Below are positions 1-8,500 of a stretch of DNA of 21,147 bases, in pieces (the stretch's first letter is position 1; the number at the start of each line of letters is the position of its first letter). This DNA comes from an uncultured Fidelibacterota bacterium (GTDB lineage Bacteria > Fidelibacterota > Marinisomatia > Marinisomatales > UBA1611): assembly GCA_913040915.1 (NCBI GenBank), contig CAJWHW010000032.1:1-21147 (forward strand), given 5' to 3'. A program made the translations under genes and the position numbers. The notes under the pieces were generated by a model. It was not told the DNA's origin. It saw nothing but the letters and a program-made list of their open reading frames with translations, and ran no database searches.

Positions 1-1243
1 CTTCACCAGTAGAGTTTAAACCCCAATAATCTGTCACTTTTACTTTAAACCAGTTTTCCTGAGTCGGATCAAACTCTGTTAATAACTCAGATGTTATGGA
101 CTGGTTATTAATTGTAGAGATCCATGTGTATGCCCCGTTTTGGCTCTCAGACTTGTATAATTCATAGGAACTGAAATCATTTATTGCCGAATTTCTTGTT
201 TTACTATTCATATGATTAATACGGCTCAAATTCGGAATATATGGCTCCCAGGTAATTACCATTGTAGTGTAATCATAATTGACCATGATCACATCAACAG
301 GATCTGGACTATTATTTAATTGATTGGATATGCCAGCCCCAATAGAAGTTTGTCCCAAAGTATCTGCTACTTCAACCCAGAACCACTTCTCAATATTTGC
401 GTTAAACTCAGTAATATTATGAGAAGTAGTGTCCTGGCTTGGTATAATAATTAAAGTAGTCTTATCTCCATTTAGAGAGTTGGATGTTAATAGATTATAA
501 TGTTTGAAATCTGCATCAATTGATTTACCCCATGAAATTGTCATTTTTTCTGTATCATACTCAACCGATTCCACATTAACAGAAGTTGGCACTGGGTCCA
601 ATGTTGATGAATAGATTTCACTTTCTGCTTCATAGTTAAAGGTATCAGTAACGGTTATCCTGTAATACTGATAAACCAGTGGATTTATATCTTTGTCAAA
701 ATAAGATGTTTGTTCTAATGAGTCTGTGGAAAAGGCTAAGGAAGGGCTCTTCATCTCAGAATCTGTTGACCTTTGTAATATATATTCACTGAAATCCCCA
801 TCAGTAGATTGATCCCAAGATATGTTCAAACCACCATTTTCAAAAACTACAGATGTAATAGCTACTGGTTCTGGGACAGATAATGTATTATCAACTATTA
901 AAACAATGGGGTCACTATCGGTTTTATTTCCGCTTAGATCATAGGAACGAACAGAGATAGTGTAATTACCATCATTAATCAGATTAGTATTCCATTCGAA
1001 GGAATATGGTGCTTTCTTATCGAAATATCCAGCGGAAAAATTATTTATCCTTAATTCAACCTTTTCCACACCTTTATCATCAGAAGAATTACATTTAATT
1101 GTTACAATTTCATAAGCTTTTTCCCAGGACTTGGGTTCTGTGATGCTGGCAGTTGGTGGAGTTATATCTAAGGAAACTGGTTCGTCTTGACAACTCAAAG
1201 CTATAAATAGAGCCAAGGTAAATAAAGATATGGGACATTTCAT
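1..1243 (-). CDS. Lipoprotein with a bacterial Ig-like (Big_7-type) domain and tandem fibronectin type III-like repeats; 3' end runs off the window
   Basis: Missing from the ORF track and translated by hand. ATG at 1243, open to base 1 (414 codons). MKCPISLFTLALFIALS-C gives a lipobox. DITPPTASITEP...SDDKGVEKVEL...APYSFEWNT...DGNYTISVRSYDLSGN is an Ig-like domain. Three repeats follow the pattern PxPV...I(S/T)W...DFxxYxL...(Y/W)(Y/F)xxxVxD. Confidence 0.88.
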   Translation of the reverse strand, partial: MKCPISLFTLALFIALSCQDEPVSLDITPPTASITEPKSWEKAYEIVTIKCNSSDDKGVEKVELRINNFSAGYFDKKAPYSFEWNTNLINDGNYTISVRSYDLSGNKTDSDPIVLIVDNTLSVPEPVAITSVVFENGGLNISWDQSTDGDFSEYILQRSTDSEMKSPSLAFSTDSLEQTSYFDKDINPLVYQYYRITVTDTFNYEAESEIYSSTLDPVPTSVNVESVEYDTEKMTISWGKSIDADFKHYNLLTSNSLNGDKTTLIIIPSQDTTSHNITEFNANIEKWFWVEVADTLGQTSIGAGISNQLNNSPDPVDVIMVNYDYTTMVITWEPYIPNLSRINHMNSKTRNSAINDFSSYELYKSESQNGAYTWISTINNQSITSELLTEFDPTQENWFKVKVTDYWGLNSTGE

Positions 1244-1275
1244 AAATTAATTTACCGAATGATATTATAAACAGT

Positions 1276-1302
1276 AAACCCCACAGATCGTGGGGTTTTT
1301 TT
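1276..1302. terminator. Intrinsic terminator-like hairpin downstream of tRNA-Arg, possibly bidirectional
   Basis: AAACCCCAC-AGATC-GTGGGGTTT inverted repeat, with a T-run on the plus strand and TTTACTGTTT on the minus strand. Confidence 0.75.
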
Positions 1303-1307
1303 ATAAG

Positions 1308-1381
1308 TACGCCCGGTAGGATTCGAACCCACAACCTTCTGGTCCGTAGCCAGACACTCTATCCAGTTGAGCTACGGGCGC
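1308..1381 (-). tRNA. tRNA-Arg(ACG); CCA not encoded
   Basis: Minus strand reads GCGCCCGTAGCTCAACTGGATAGAG...TCTGG-CT-ACG-GA-CCAGA...GGTTCGAATCC...CGGGCGTA. The cloverleaf, D-loop GG and TTCGA T-loop are present. Confidence 0.96.
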
Positions 1382-1528
1382 ATAGTTTTATAAAGAGCTA
1401 AGACTTAATTAAAATTTTCTATTTATATCAATATACTAAATTTATAAAGTATAATAGAGATGAATTACGAAATTTTTGTGAATCAAGAATTTAAGATTAG
1501 TTATGTTAGTAAAAATTAGGTATCTGGC

Positions 1529-4500
1529 TTACAATTCTTTTCTTTTTATTACAACTAATGTGATATCATCATCATTCATTAATCCGGACATCCAGGAGTT
1601 ACCCAATTCAATCAAAGAATCAATAATGCCCTGCGCAGACTTATGACCATTTTCCTGAGTACATTTTTTAATTGAATCATAATCCAACATATCTCCTTTT
1701 GGATTTACGCATTCAGGTAACCCATCTGAGATTAATACAAATGCATCTCCTGGTTTCATATCAAATTTTTGATGGTCAAACTCTGCAAGTTTCATGGATC
1801 CTAGCGGCAATCCCGGGACAAGAATTTCTTCAACGGAGCTTTCTTGAGATCGATAGATATAACCTGGAGGCATTCCTGCTGATGTGAATTCAAAGGTACC
1901 ATTCTCAATTTTTGTCATATTTAGAGACATACGATTTGTGCCAAGATCAATAGTCTTAATCACTCGATTAAGACTCTGTGTAATTTCAGCGGGCGATTTA
2001 ACGGCAGTACTTACTAAGCCCGCCTTAGTAATTGACACCATCATTCCCGCATTTAAACCATGTCCTGTAGCATCACCAACCACCACATATAGTGAACCAT
2101 CTTTTTGAGGAAAGAAATCATAGTAATCTCCACCTACTTCTGTAGAAGTTTTCATATGAAATGCAAATTCGTAATCAGGGTGCTCCGGCGGTGACTGCGG
2201 AATTAATGACATTTGGAACTCTCTTGCCTGCTCTAATTCCTTCATTCTTCTCTCTTCTTCTAATTCATTTTTTTGTTTTTGCATCCTGAATTTGATAAAG
2301 ATGTAAATGCCAATAGATACAAGAAGGAAATAAATGCTAAATGCCCAATAACTTAGCAATGGGTGAGGTATAAATTTTATGCTAAGAATCTCCGGCTTAC
2401 TCCAAAGTCCATCATTATTAGAACCCTGAACCATAAACTGGTATTCTCCCCGACCCAGATTATTATAAGTTGCAAAACGAAGATCACCTGAATAAATCCA
2501 ATCTTTGTCCAGAGGGGCTAGCTTATACCTGTACTGGTTTTTAATCGTGTTGTAATAGTTAAGTGCAACAAAATCGATAGTAAATGATTTTATACCGTGG
2601 TCAATTTCAATATTACCTTCTACTTGACTTTTCTTAGCACTAATATCAAAAACTTCAATGATTTCATCATCAAAACTAGTTTTTTTAACACGAGTAATAA
2701 TACATGGGGGTTGATACTCATTATATTGAATTCCCGATGAATTCACCTTTGTTATGCCATTGGGACCACCAAAATAAAGGTTACCTAGTTCATCACTATC
2801 AAAGCAATTCCTATGATAATCTAAATTTCCAATTCCATCCATTAAACTATAGTTTACAAATGTTGTATCCTTTTGGTCAAAATAAGTAAGACCTTTTTTA
2901 GAACTGATCCATAGATTGTTATCCAAATCAATAGCAAGTGCTGTGATATAATTACTAGGCAATCCATCTTCCATGAAATAGTGAGAAAAGGTTTCATCTC
3001 TGTGTAAGTACTTATTGAGTCCACCTACTGTGCCGATCCAAACTGCCCCATTTTTATCTTCTGTAATACACGTAATTTGAGATGATGAAATACCTCCTGA
3101 TAAGGAAGGGTCAAATACATGGCCTTCTACCTCAAAATTATCTTCATTATATATATCTTTTACTAGATCTTTATCCAGAAAATAGATTCCTTCTCTTTCC
3201 GAACCTACCCAGACATTACCATTATTATCCTGAAATAAAATCCGGATAATAAGATCAGAATTAAAAAACTTAGTCTCCATTGCAAATCCATCAATAATTA
3301 AAAGACCAGTAGCAGTCCCAGCCCAGATATATTCATCATTTGAAACCATTAAGTCAAAGACTCTATTCTCCGGAATTTGCTGAGTCGCAGGCAAAGATTG
3401 ATCGTTCGAAAAACGAATCAAATCATCCGTCATTGTATTGATTCGAATGATGCCATCATCTGTTGCAACCCATATAATTTCATCATCAATTACTTCAACG
3501 TCTAAAATATGATCTATATTACCTAAGAATGATTTTTCATATTCATAGTCCCGAATACCATCCACTGACAAATATTCAAGGCCAAAACCAGTAGAAGCCC
3601 AAATCATTCCACTTTCCTGTGTAGCAATGGAATAAATCTTTTCATTCTTTAAACCCCATTCATTCTCACGATCAAATTGTATAGAATGGAATTTTGATTG
3701 AACATAAGAATGAAAGCTGATTCCATTTTGATTGGTCCCGATCCAGACATGACCAGCTTTATCTTCTATGAAACATTCAACAGTATTATCTGTAAGTGAA
3801 TTTTTATCGATAGGATCATGAGAGAAATGGTTAAATAATGTATCTAAGCCACCATGGTAAATATTTGGACTCTCATATAAACAATTGATACCCCGATTAT
3901 TTTTTGTAGTAAACCACAGATTTCCAGATTTCTCTGCAATCAAGATTTTTGATATATCATTTTCAATAATACTCTCAGCGTAGGGGGTCTCCTGATAATT
4001 GATAAAATGATTTGATTCGGGTTTGAATCGGGATATCCCATCTCTAGTTGCAATCCACAATTCTTTTCTCACCTTATCCCAGTCAAGATCTACAATAGTA
4101 TTTGATACAATAGAGTTTTTCCCGATGGTAAGTTTGTAGTGCTCTTCAACATTATTAAATTTTTTATTTATTTTATATAAACCATTACTTGTCCCCACCC
4201 AAAGGGTACCTTGTTCACCCTGTTCAATTACTTCTACCCTGCCAATATTTTCCCCATTACCAGTTTTAAATTCTTGAATATCTCCCGTTTCAGAATCAGG
4301 GTAAAATAAACCATAATCTGCCCCAATCCATATACCACGGTCTTCATCCATAAAAAGATTATAAATACTATTATTATTAAATAAGTCTGAGCGGCAAGTC
4401 TGACAAACTAAATCATTATTTTCGGGTAAAGTTTTAAATACGTGGTTTTTCCCTCCCTTACCAGATAAAATCCAAAGAGATCCATTTGCATCTTCAACAA

Positions 4501-4906
4501 TAATTTCGGGTGAAATAATTACATGACCTTCAGCGGTAGCTGAATTAAATGGACGGTCAAATTCACGCTTTGATGGATTAAATCGACTCACACCTAATTC
4601 TGTTCCAACCCATATTTTATTTTCAGAATCTTCAAAAATAGATGATACCTGATTACCAAGAAGCGATGAATTATCAAAAGACTTCATATGGTAATTCACA
4701 AAGCCATAGCCGTCAAAAATATCAAGACCATTTTCAGTTCCCAAGTAAATAAGTCCCTTTCGATCTTCATAAATTACTTTTACAGTACTTTCGGATAAAC
4801 CATCATGCACAAGAATGTTTTTAAATGAAAAATCTGGCTGGCAAAAAAGGTAGCCCGAGCATAATAAACCAATTACTTTATAAATATATAACGTGCGGAG
4901 AGCCAT
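1529..4906 (-). CDS. Membrane-anchored sensor phosphatase: periplasmic two-component-regulator beta-propeller, Y_Y_Y domain, TM helix and SpoIIE/RsbU-type PP2C phosphatase
   Basis: Many Reg_prop-type repeats (EDxxGxIWxGTxxGL). Y_Y_Y motif QYRYKL...ATYNNLGRGEYQFMVQGSNNDGLWS. TM helix WAFSIYFLLVSIGIYIFI. PP2C motifs GGDYYD, GDATGHG, SDG and DDIT. Confidence 0.92.
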   Translation of the reverse strand: MALRTLYIYKVIGLLCSGYLFCQPDFSFKNILVHDGLSESTVKVIYEDRKGLIYLGTENGLDIFDGYGFVNYHMKSFDNSSLLGNQVSSIFEDSENKIWVGTELGVSRFNPSKREFDRPFNSATAEGHVIISPEIIVEDANGSLWILSGKGGKNHVFKTLPENNDLVCQTCRSDLFNNNSIYNLFMDEDRGIWIGADYGLFYPDSETGDIQEFKTGNGENIGRVEVIEQGEQGTLWVGTSNGLYKINKKFNNVEEHYKLTIGKNSIVSNTIVDLDWDKVRKELWIATRDGISRFKPESNHFINYQETPYAESIIENDISKILIAEKSGNLWFTTKNNRGINCLYESPNIYHGGLDTLFNHFSHDPIDKNSLTDNTVECFIEDKAGHVWIGTNQNGISFHSYVQSKFHSIQFDRENEWGLKNEKIYSIATQESGMIWASTGFGLEYLSVDGIRDYEYEKSFLGNIDHILDVEVIDDEIIWVATDDGIIRINTMTDDLIRFSNDQSLPATQQIPENRVFDLMVSNDEYIWAGTATGLLIIDGFAMETKFFNSDLIIRILFQDNNGNVWVGSEREGIYFLDKDLVKDIYNEDNFEVEGHVFDPSLSGGISSSQITCITEDKNGAVWIGTVGGLNKYLHRDETFSHYFMEDGLPSNYITALAIDLDNNLWISSKKGLTYFDQKDTTFVNYSLMDGIGNLDYHRNCFDSDELGNLYFGGPNGITKVNSSGIQYNEYQPPCIITRVKKTSFDDEIIEVFDISAKKSQVEGNIEIDHGIKSFTIDFVALNYYNTIKNQYRYKLAPLDKDWIYSGDLRFATYNNLGRGEYQFMVQGSNNDGLWSKPEILSIKFIPHPLLSYWAFSIYFLLVSIGIYIFIKFRMQKQKNELEEERRMKELEQAREFQMSLIPQSPPEHPDYEFAFHMKTSTEVGGDYYDFFPQKDGSLYVVVGDATGHGLNAGMMVSITKAGLVSTAVKSPAEITQSLNRVIKTIDLGTNRMSLNMTKIENGTFEFTSAGMPPGYIYRSQESSVEEILVPGLPLGSMKLAEFDHQKFDMKPGDAFVLISDGLPECVNPKGDMLDYDSIKKCTQENGHKSAQGIIDSLIELGNSWMSGLMNDDDITLVVIKRKEL

Positions 4907-4930
4907 CAGGTAATTTAGCCTGAATAGATT

Positions 4931-4960
4931 AAAAAAAAGGTGGCGAAATTTCGCGCCACC
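4931..4960 (-). terminator. Rho-independent terminator closing the TlpA / beta-barrel / selenoprotein unit
   Basis: Minus strand reads GGTGGCG-CGAAATTT-CGCCACC followed by T8, about 30 nt after the stop at 4992. Confidence 0.88.
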
Positions 4961-4991
4961 AATATATATTGATTTTTAATGCTTTTATAAA

Positions 4992-6485
4992 TTATTTTAC
5001 TAGAAGTGCTTTTTTTGTAGCTACTTGAGCTCCAGTCTGTACTCTGATAAAATACATACCTGTAGGTTGGTCTGTAGCATCCCAAAATAATGTATGAGAG
5101 CCTGCTTCCAACACTTTCTTTGACTGTACTACATCTACCTCCTTACCAATAGTATTATACACTGTTACTTGTGTTACAGCTTCTTTAGGCAGGGCAAAAG
5201 ATATCGTTAATTTGGGGTTGAAAGGATTTGGATATAATCGCTGAATCTGGATTGAATTAGGCATAACCCCTTCTACTAATTCCTTACTTTCAGAAAAGTT
5301 GACTCTGATCTCGCCAGCATTAGCACTGGCCACTACTGTATTGGTAAAATCATCAACAGTCAGTCCTGAAATATTAAATTCAATTTTTTGACGTGAATTT
5401 TTTCCTGTCATATCGTACCCGATAATAATGATTTTATTACCATTTTTAGCAATTTTTAGTGACCACCCTTCCGGCAGTAGAATTTGATTCAAATCAGTCA
5501 CAGTCAGATCAGTATTATCTATTTCAAATTGAAATCCGCTAATCTCATCAATGCTTTCTATTTTAGCTATGTTACCATTCTCAGATTGCAGAATGTTAAA
5601 TGTTCCATTGGAAAGTGCAGAAGTGCTCTGAGGGTTATTTCCTCCTAACAACATTTGAACAAGATTAATAACATCAATAATATTCACATTGTTATCACCA
5701 TTCATATTAGCTGCCTGGTATGCACAACTTTCTTGATTATTCTCAATTACAACATCTACTAAACTTAAAATATCCAATATATCAAAAATAAAATTACCAT
5801 TTTCATCCACACTGCCATCTATATTACCTCTTACCCAGACATTTGCATTATCACAATTATCACAAGCGTCTCCTAAACCATCCAAATCAATATCGGCTTG
5901 GCTAGGATTATAATCAACCGGACAATTATCACTCGGATCGTTAATATCATCCCCATCTGCATCCATGGGAACATTTTCAACTGCGGCATTTATCGCTGCC
6001 AAAATAGCAGCTTGATTAAAGCCTGCGCTAGTATATACAACTTCCATATTGTGATCTAGAACGACGTTATGCGGAATGGACCCCGTACCAAAAAGATTCC
6101 ATGCGGTGTTGTCTGCATCTCCATTGAGGATTGGATAAGTAATACCAAAAGATGATGACCAACCCGCGCATGAATAGGATGTATATTGAAAACCATGAGC
6201 AACCACTTGGACAGGTGCACCTGCGGCTTGGTAGTCTTGCCAAATTTGTTCGGTAATCGGAGCCTCCGATTGACATGGACCTCACCAAGAAGTAAAAAGC
6301 ATTAGCCAGGTTACTTTATAACTACCACCATTTATATCACCATTGCATTCCGTATATAAATCAAAATCTCCTGCCCCATTCGCACAAATCGGTTCTGTAA
6401 AGTTAGGAGATATATCGCCAACCTGTAGCGGTAATCCAAAAATACCACTGACAATTATTGTATGTATAATTAATGTTCTTAGCAT
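4992..6485 (-). CDS. Predicted secreted selenoprotein, 497 aa with Sec68 at TGA 6284..6282: signal peptide, thioredoxin/TlpA-AhpC-TSA-like domain (WUGPC), TSP type-3 repeats, dockerin-like domain and T9SS type-A-like C-terminal sorting domain
   Basis: ORF 6282..6485 and ORF 4992..6206 share a frame and only one TGA separates them. Read-through gives FTSW-U-GPCQSEAPITEQIWQDY...VQVVAHG...YPIL...SIPHNVVLD, a complete Trx fold. Later motifs are DADGD...DNCPVDYNPSQADIDLDGLGDACD, ANMNGDNNVNIIDVINLV and YPNPFNP...GMYFIRV...KKALLVK. Confidence 0.88.
6253..6274 (-). promoter_or_regulatory. Bacterial SECIS-like stem-loop just 3' of the in-frame UGA
   Basis: mRNA reads UGA-GGUCCAU-GU(C)AAUCGGA-GGC-UCCGAUU-AC: a 7-bp perfect stem plus 2 bp beyond a bulged C. 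The small apical loop starts with G, 17 nt after the UGA. Confidence 0.75.
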
Positions 6486-6541
6486 TTTTATTTTCTTTTA
6501 CAACTAGCCATATTAATAAAGAATTAATCAATTAAACAAAT

Positions 6542-8497
6542 TTAAAAAATCATGCTATAATTGAAACGTATACCATCATTATAAGGAGGAATTTGGCGGC
6601 AAATACCATTGCTGCAGAATAAACCACCCTGAATGGAGCCGTACATGATAGTTAATCGATGGGATGAACTTATATTATAGGATAATTCTATGGAAACCCA
6701 TCTCTGTTGTCCAAATTTTGGTGTTGATGTACGCTTTCTTTCACCGGTAAAATACTTAATATCTCCATATATCAAGGCTTCAAGAGGATTATAATATGGA
6801 TCTACAGTTTTGGGGCCATCAAATGCACTGGATTGGTCATGTACCAAGGTTAATGACCACTTTGATGCTTTACTAATAGTTAATGTTACCATACGGTTGA
6901 TTTGTAATCTTTCTCGGCCTCCGTCCAAATTATATAATTGTGTTTGGTAATCAACAATAAAAGAATCAGGGTTTTCAGAATCAATCAAATTCCATTTATC
7001 ATAAGTTGAACTGTAAAATGTAGCATTGCCACGGTTCACATTTTTTTTGGTTCTTTCCTGGTATTCAAAACTGAAACCCATGGCGTATCCATTATTAAAC
7101 GTATATGAAAGTTCTAAAGGATAAGTTATTGTTTTCGTTTCCTGCCAATACTTTGCTTCTACCTTATAGGGGTCAGAAAAACTTGTATCAAACACTTCCA
7201 TAGAATCAATTATCTCAAATTCATAGCCATAGGAATTAAATGTCGTTGTATCATACAGCCAATAAGAGTTAGTCACCATATCCGACTGAAACCCATCAAA
7301 ATAATTGATCATATATAGAACATCTTTATTATTCCCTCTTCCCAATCGGTAATAGAATCTACTGTCAATTAGAAAACCACTTAATTCAAAATAATTTTCC
7401 CAGAAAGGTAAACTGGATGGATCGCTACTAGGTAAAATATTATTCAATGCATTCCGCTCCCAGTCCGTAGATGTTAAAGACATCCAAGTATCATTTCGGC
7501 TTAAATGAGCATATTGCCCTAAAATATTTAAACCTAATGGCAGGGAACCAGTTAATTCGGCTTGGACGCCGCGTTCATCATTATAATTATATAAGTGAAC
7601 AGCACGCCCCATCAAAGTCATATTGGTTTCTCGACCAAGTGTTGGCATCATTTGAAACCCAATCCTATTACCATAATCGTCAGCATTTAAATCAGTATGA
7701 CTCCAATCAAAACTGTATTGTTTATATTCTGTCGTAAGTCCCCAGTTTCCAAAATATAAATTCAAATTACTGTACATACCATATCCACGCTTTAATGTAT
7801 CGTGGGCAACATCATTGTAGAAATCAGTTTTCTCAAATGATTGTTTATCTACGTATTCAAAGAAGAAATCCCAAGCTGTAAAAGATGCTGAACCGTAAAT
7901 ACCTTTTATTTTATGATTTACAAAAGCAGTTCCTTCTTCTTTTTTTTGATGCTCTTCATTAGAGTTCAGTTGTGTTAAACCAATAGAATAAGAATCAAAA
8001 TCATATTGAAGGTGATTTCCAAACATATTATGATTGTTATTAAAATATGGTAATCTATTATCATTCTCTCCTAAATCCCAAATATCCGCATTACCATTGA
8101 TGTGACTTAAGGTAAAGTCTCCCTTTGTATATCCTAAAAATAATCCTCGGGTACCGTTATCAAAATTTGTCATTTGATCATCAATTTGATTTAATACCAA
8201 ACCTCGTCCCCAGAATTCGTATAAGTCCCCTAATTTGATATTGAAATTTTCATCAGAATATTCTAATCGAAATTTTCTGATATCATTTGTTGTAAAACCT
8301 ATTTCTGGAGGATTGGAATATTCATATTGAACCCATGCAGAAAGATTTTTATAAAACATATTTATATCGAGTCTGTTTTCAGCAAAAGAATAAAAATCAT
8401 AACTATCTCCAAAACTGGAAATAATCGAACCATTATAATTAAAATCATTTGCGAATATTTTTCCGCAAATGAGAAACAGAATTATTATTTTTTTCAT
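6542..8497 (-). CDS. Outer-membrane beta-barrel protein, DUF6029-like, with a C-terminal GGLxCxxGxC motif
   Basis: Signal peptide and alternating aromatic beta-strands. N-terminal motif LGDLYEFWGRGLVL. C-terminus GGLFCSNGICRQIPP...IRFNYSMIF ends in Phe like a BAM beta-signal. The family name comes from recalled motifs, not an HMM search. Confidence 0.75.
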   Translation of the reverse strand: MKKIIILFLICGKIFANDFNYNGSIISSFGDSYDFYSFAENRLDINMFYKNLSAWVQYEYSNPPEIGFTTNDIRKFRLEYSDENFNIKLGDLYEFWGRGLVLNQIDDQMTNFDNGTRGLFLGYTKGDFTLSHINGNADIWDLGENDNRLPYFNNNHNMFGNHLQYDFDSYSIGLTQLNSNEEHQKKEEGTAFVNHKIKGIYGSASFTAWDFFFEYVDKQSFEKTDFYNDVAHDTLKRGYGMYSNLNLYFGNWGLTTEYKQYSFDWSHTDLNADDYGNRIGFQMMPTLGRETNMTLMGRAVHLYNYNDERGVQAELTGSLPLGLNILGQYAHLSRNDTWMSLTSTDWERNALNNILPSSDPSSLPFWENYFELSGFLIDSRFYYRLGRGNNKDVLYMINYFDGFQSDMVTNSYWLYDTTTFNSYGYEFEIIDSMEVFDTSFSDPYKVEAKYWQETKTITYPLELSYTFNNGYAMGFSFEYQERTKKNVNRGNATFYSSTYDKWNLIDSENPDSFIVDYQTQLYNLDGGRERLQINRMVTLTISKASKWSLTLVHDQSSAFDGPKTVDPYYNPLEALIYGDIKYFTGERKRTSTPKFGQQRWVSIELSYNISSSHRLTIMYGSIQGGLFCSNGICRQIPPYNDGIRFNYSMIF

Positions 8498-8500
8498 GAA

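Noticed and set aside
1110..1334. 74-aa minus-strand ORF
   Set aside because: It overlaps tRNA-Arg, its terminator and the real lipoprotein start in another frame.
6282..6284. TGA read as a nonsense mutation (pseudogene) or as genome-wide UGA reassignment to Trp/Gly
   Set aside because: The TGA falls exactly on the catalytic Cys position, has a downstream hairpin and lies in an otherwise intact gene. TGA is an ordinary stop for the genes ending at 9172, 16343, 17566 and 20062, so the code is not reassigned.
6067..6288. 73-aa alternative-frame ORF over the Sec region, or a frameshift explanation
   Set aside because: The main frame is continuous through the TGA and gives a coherent Trx fold. 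The alternative frame has no recognisable features.
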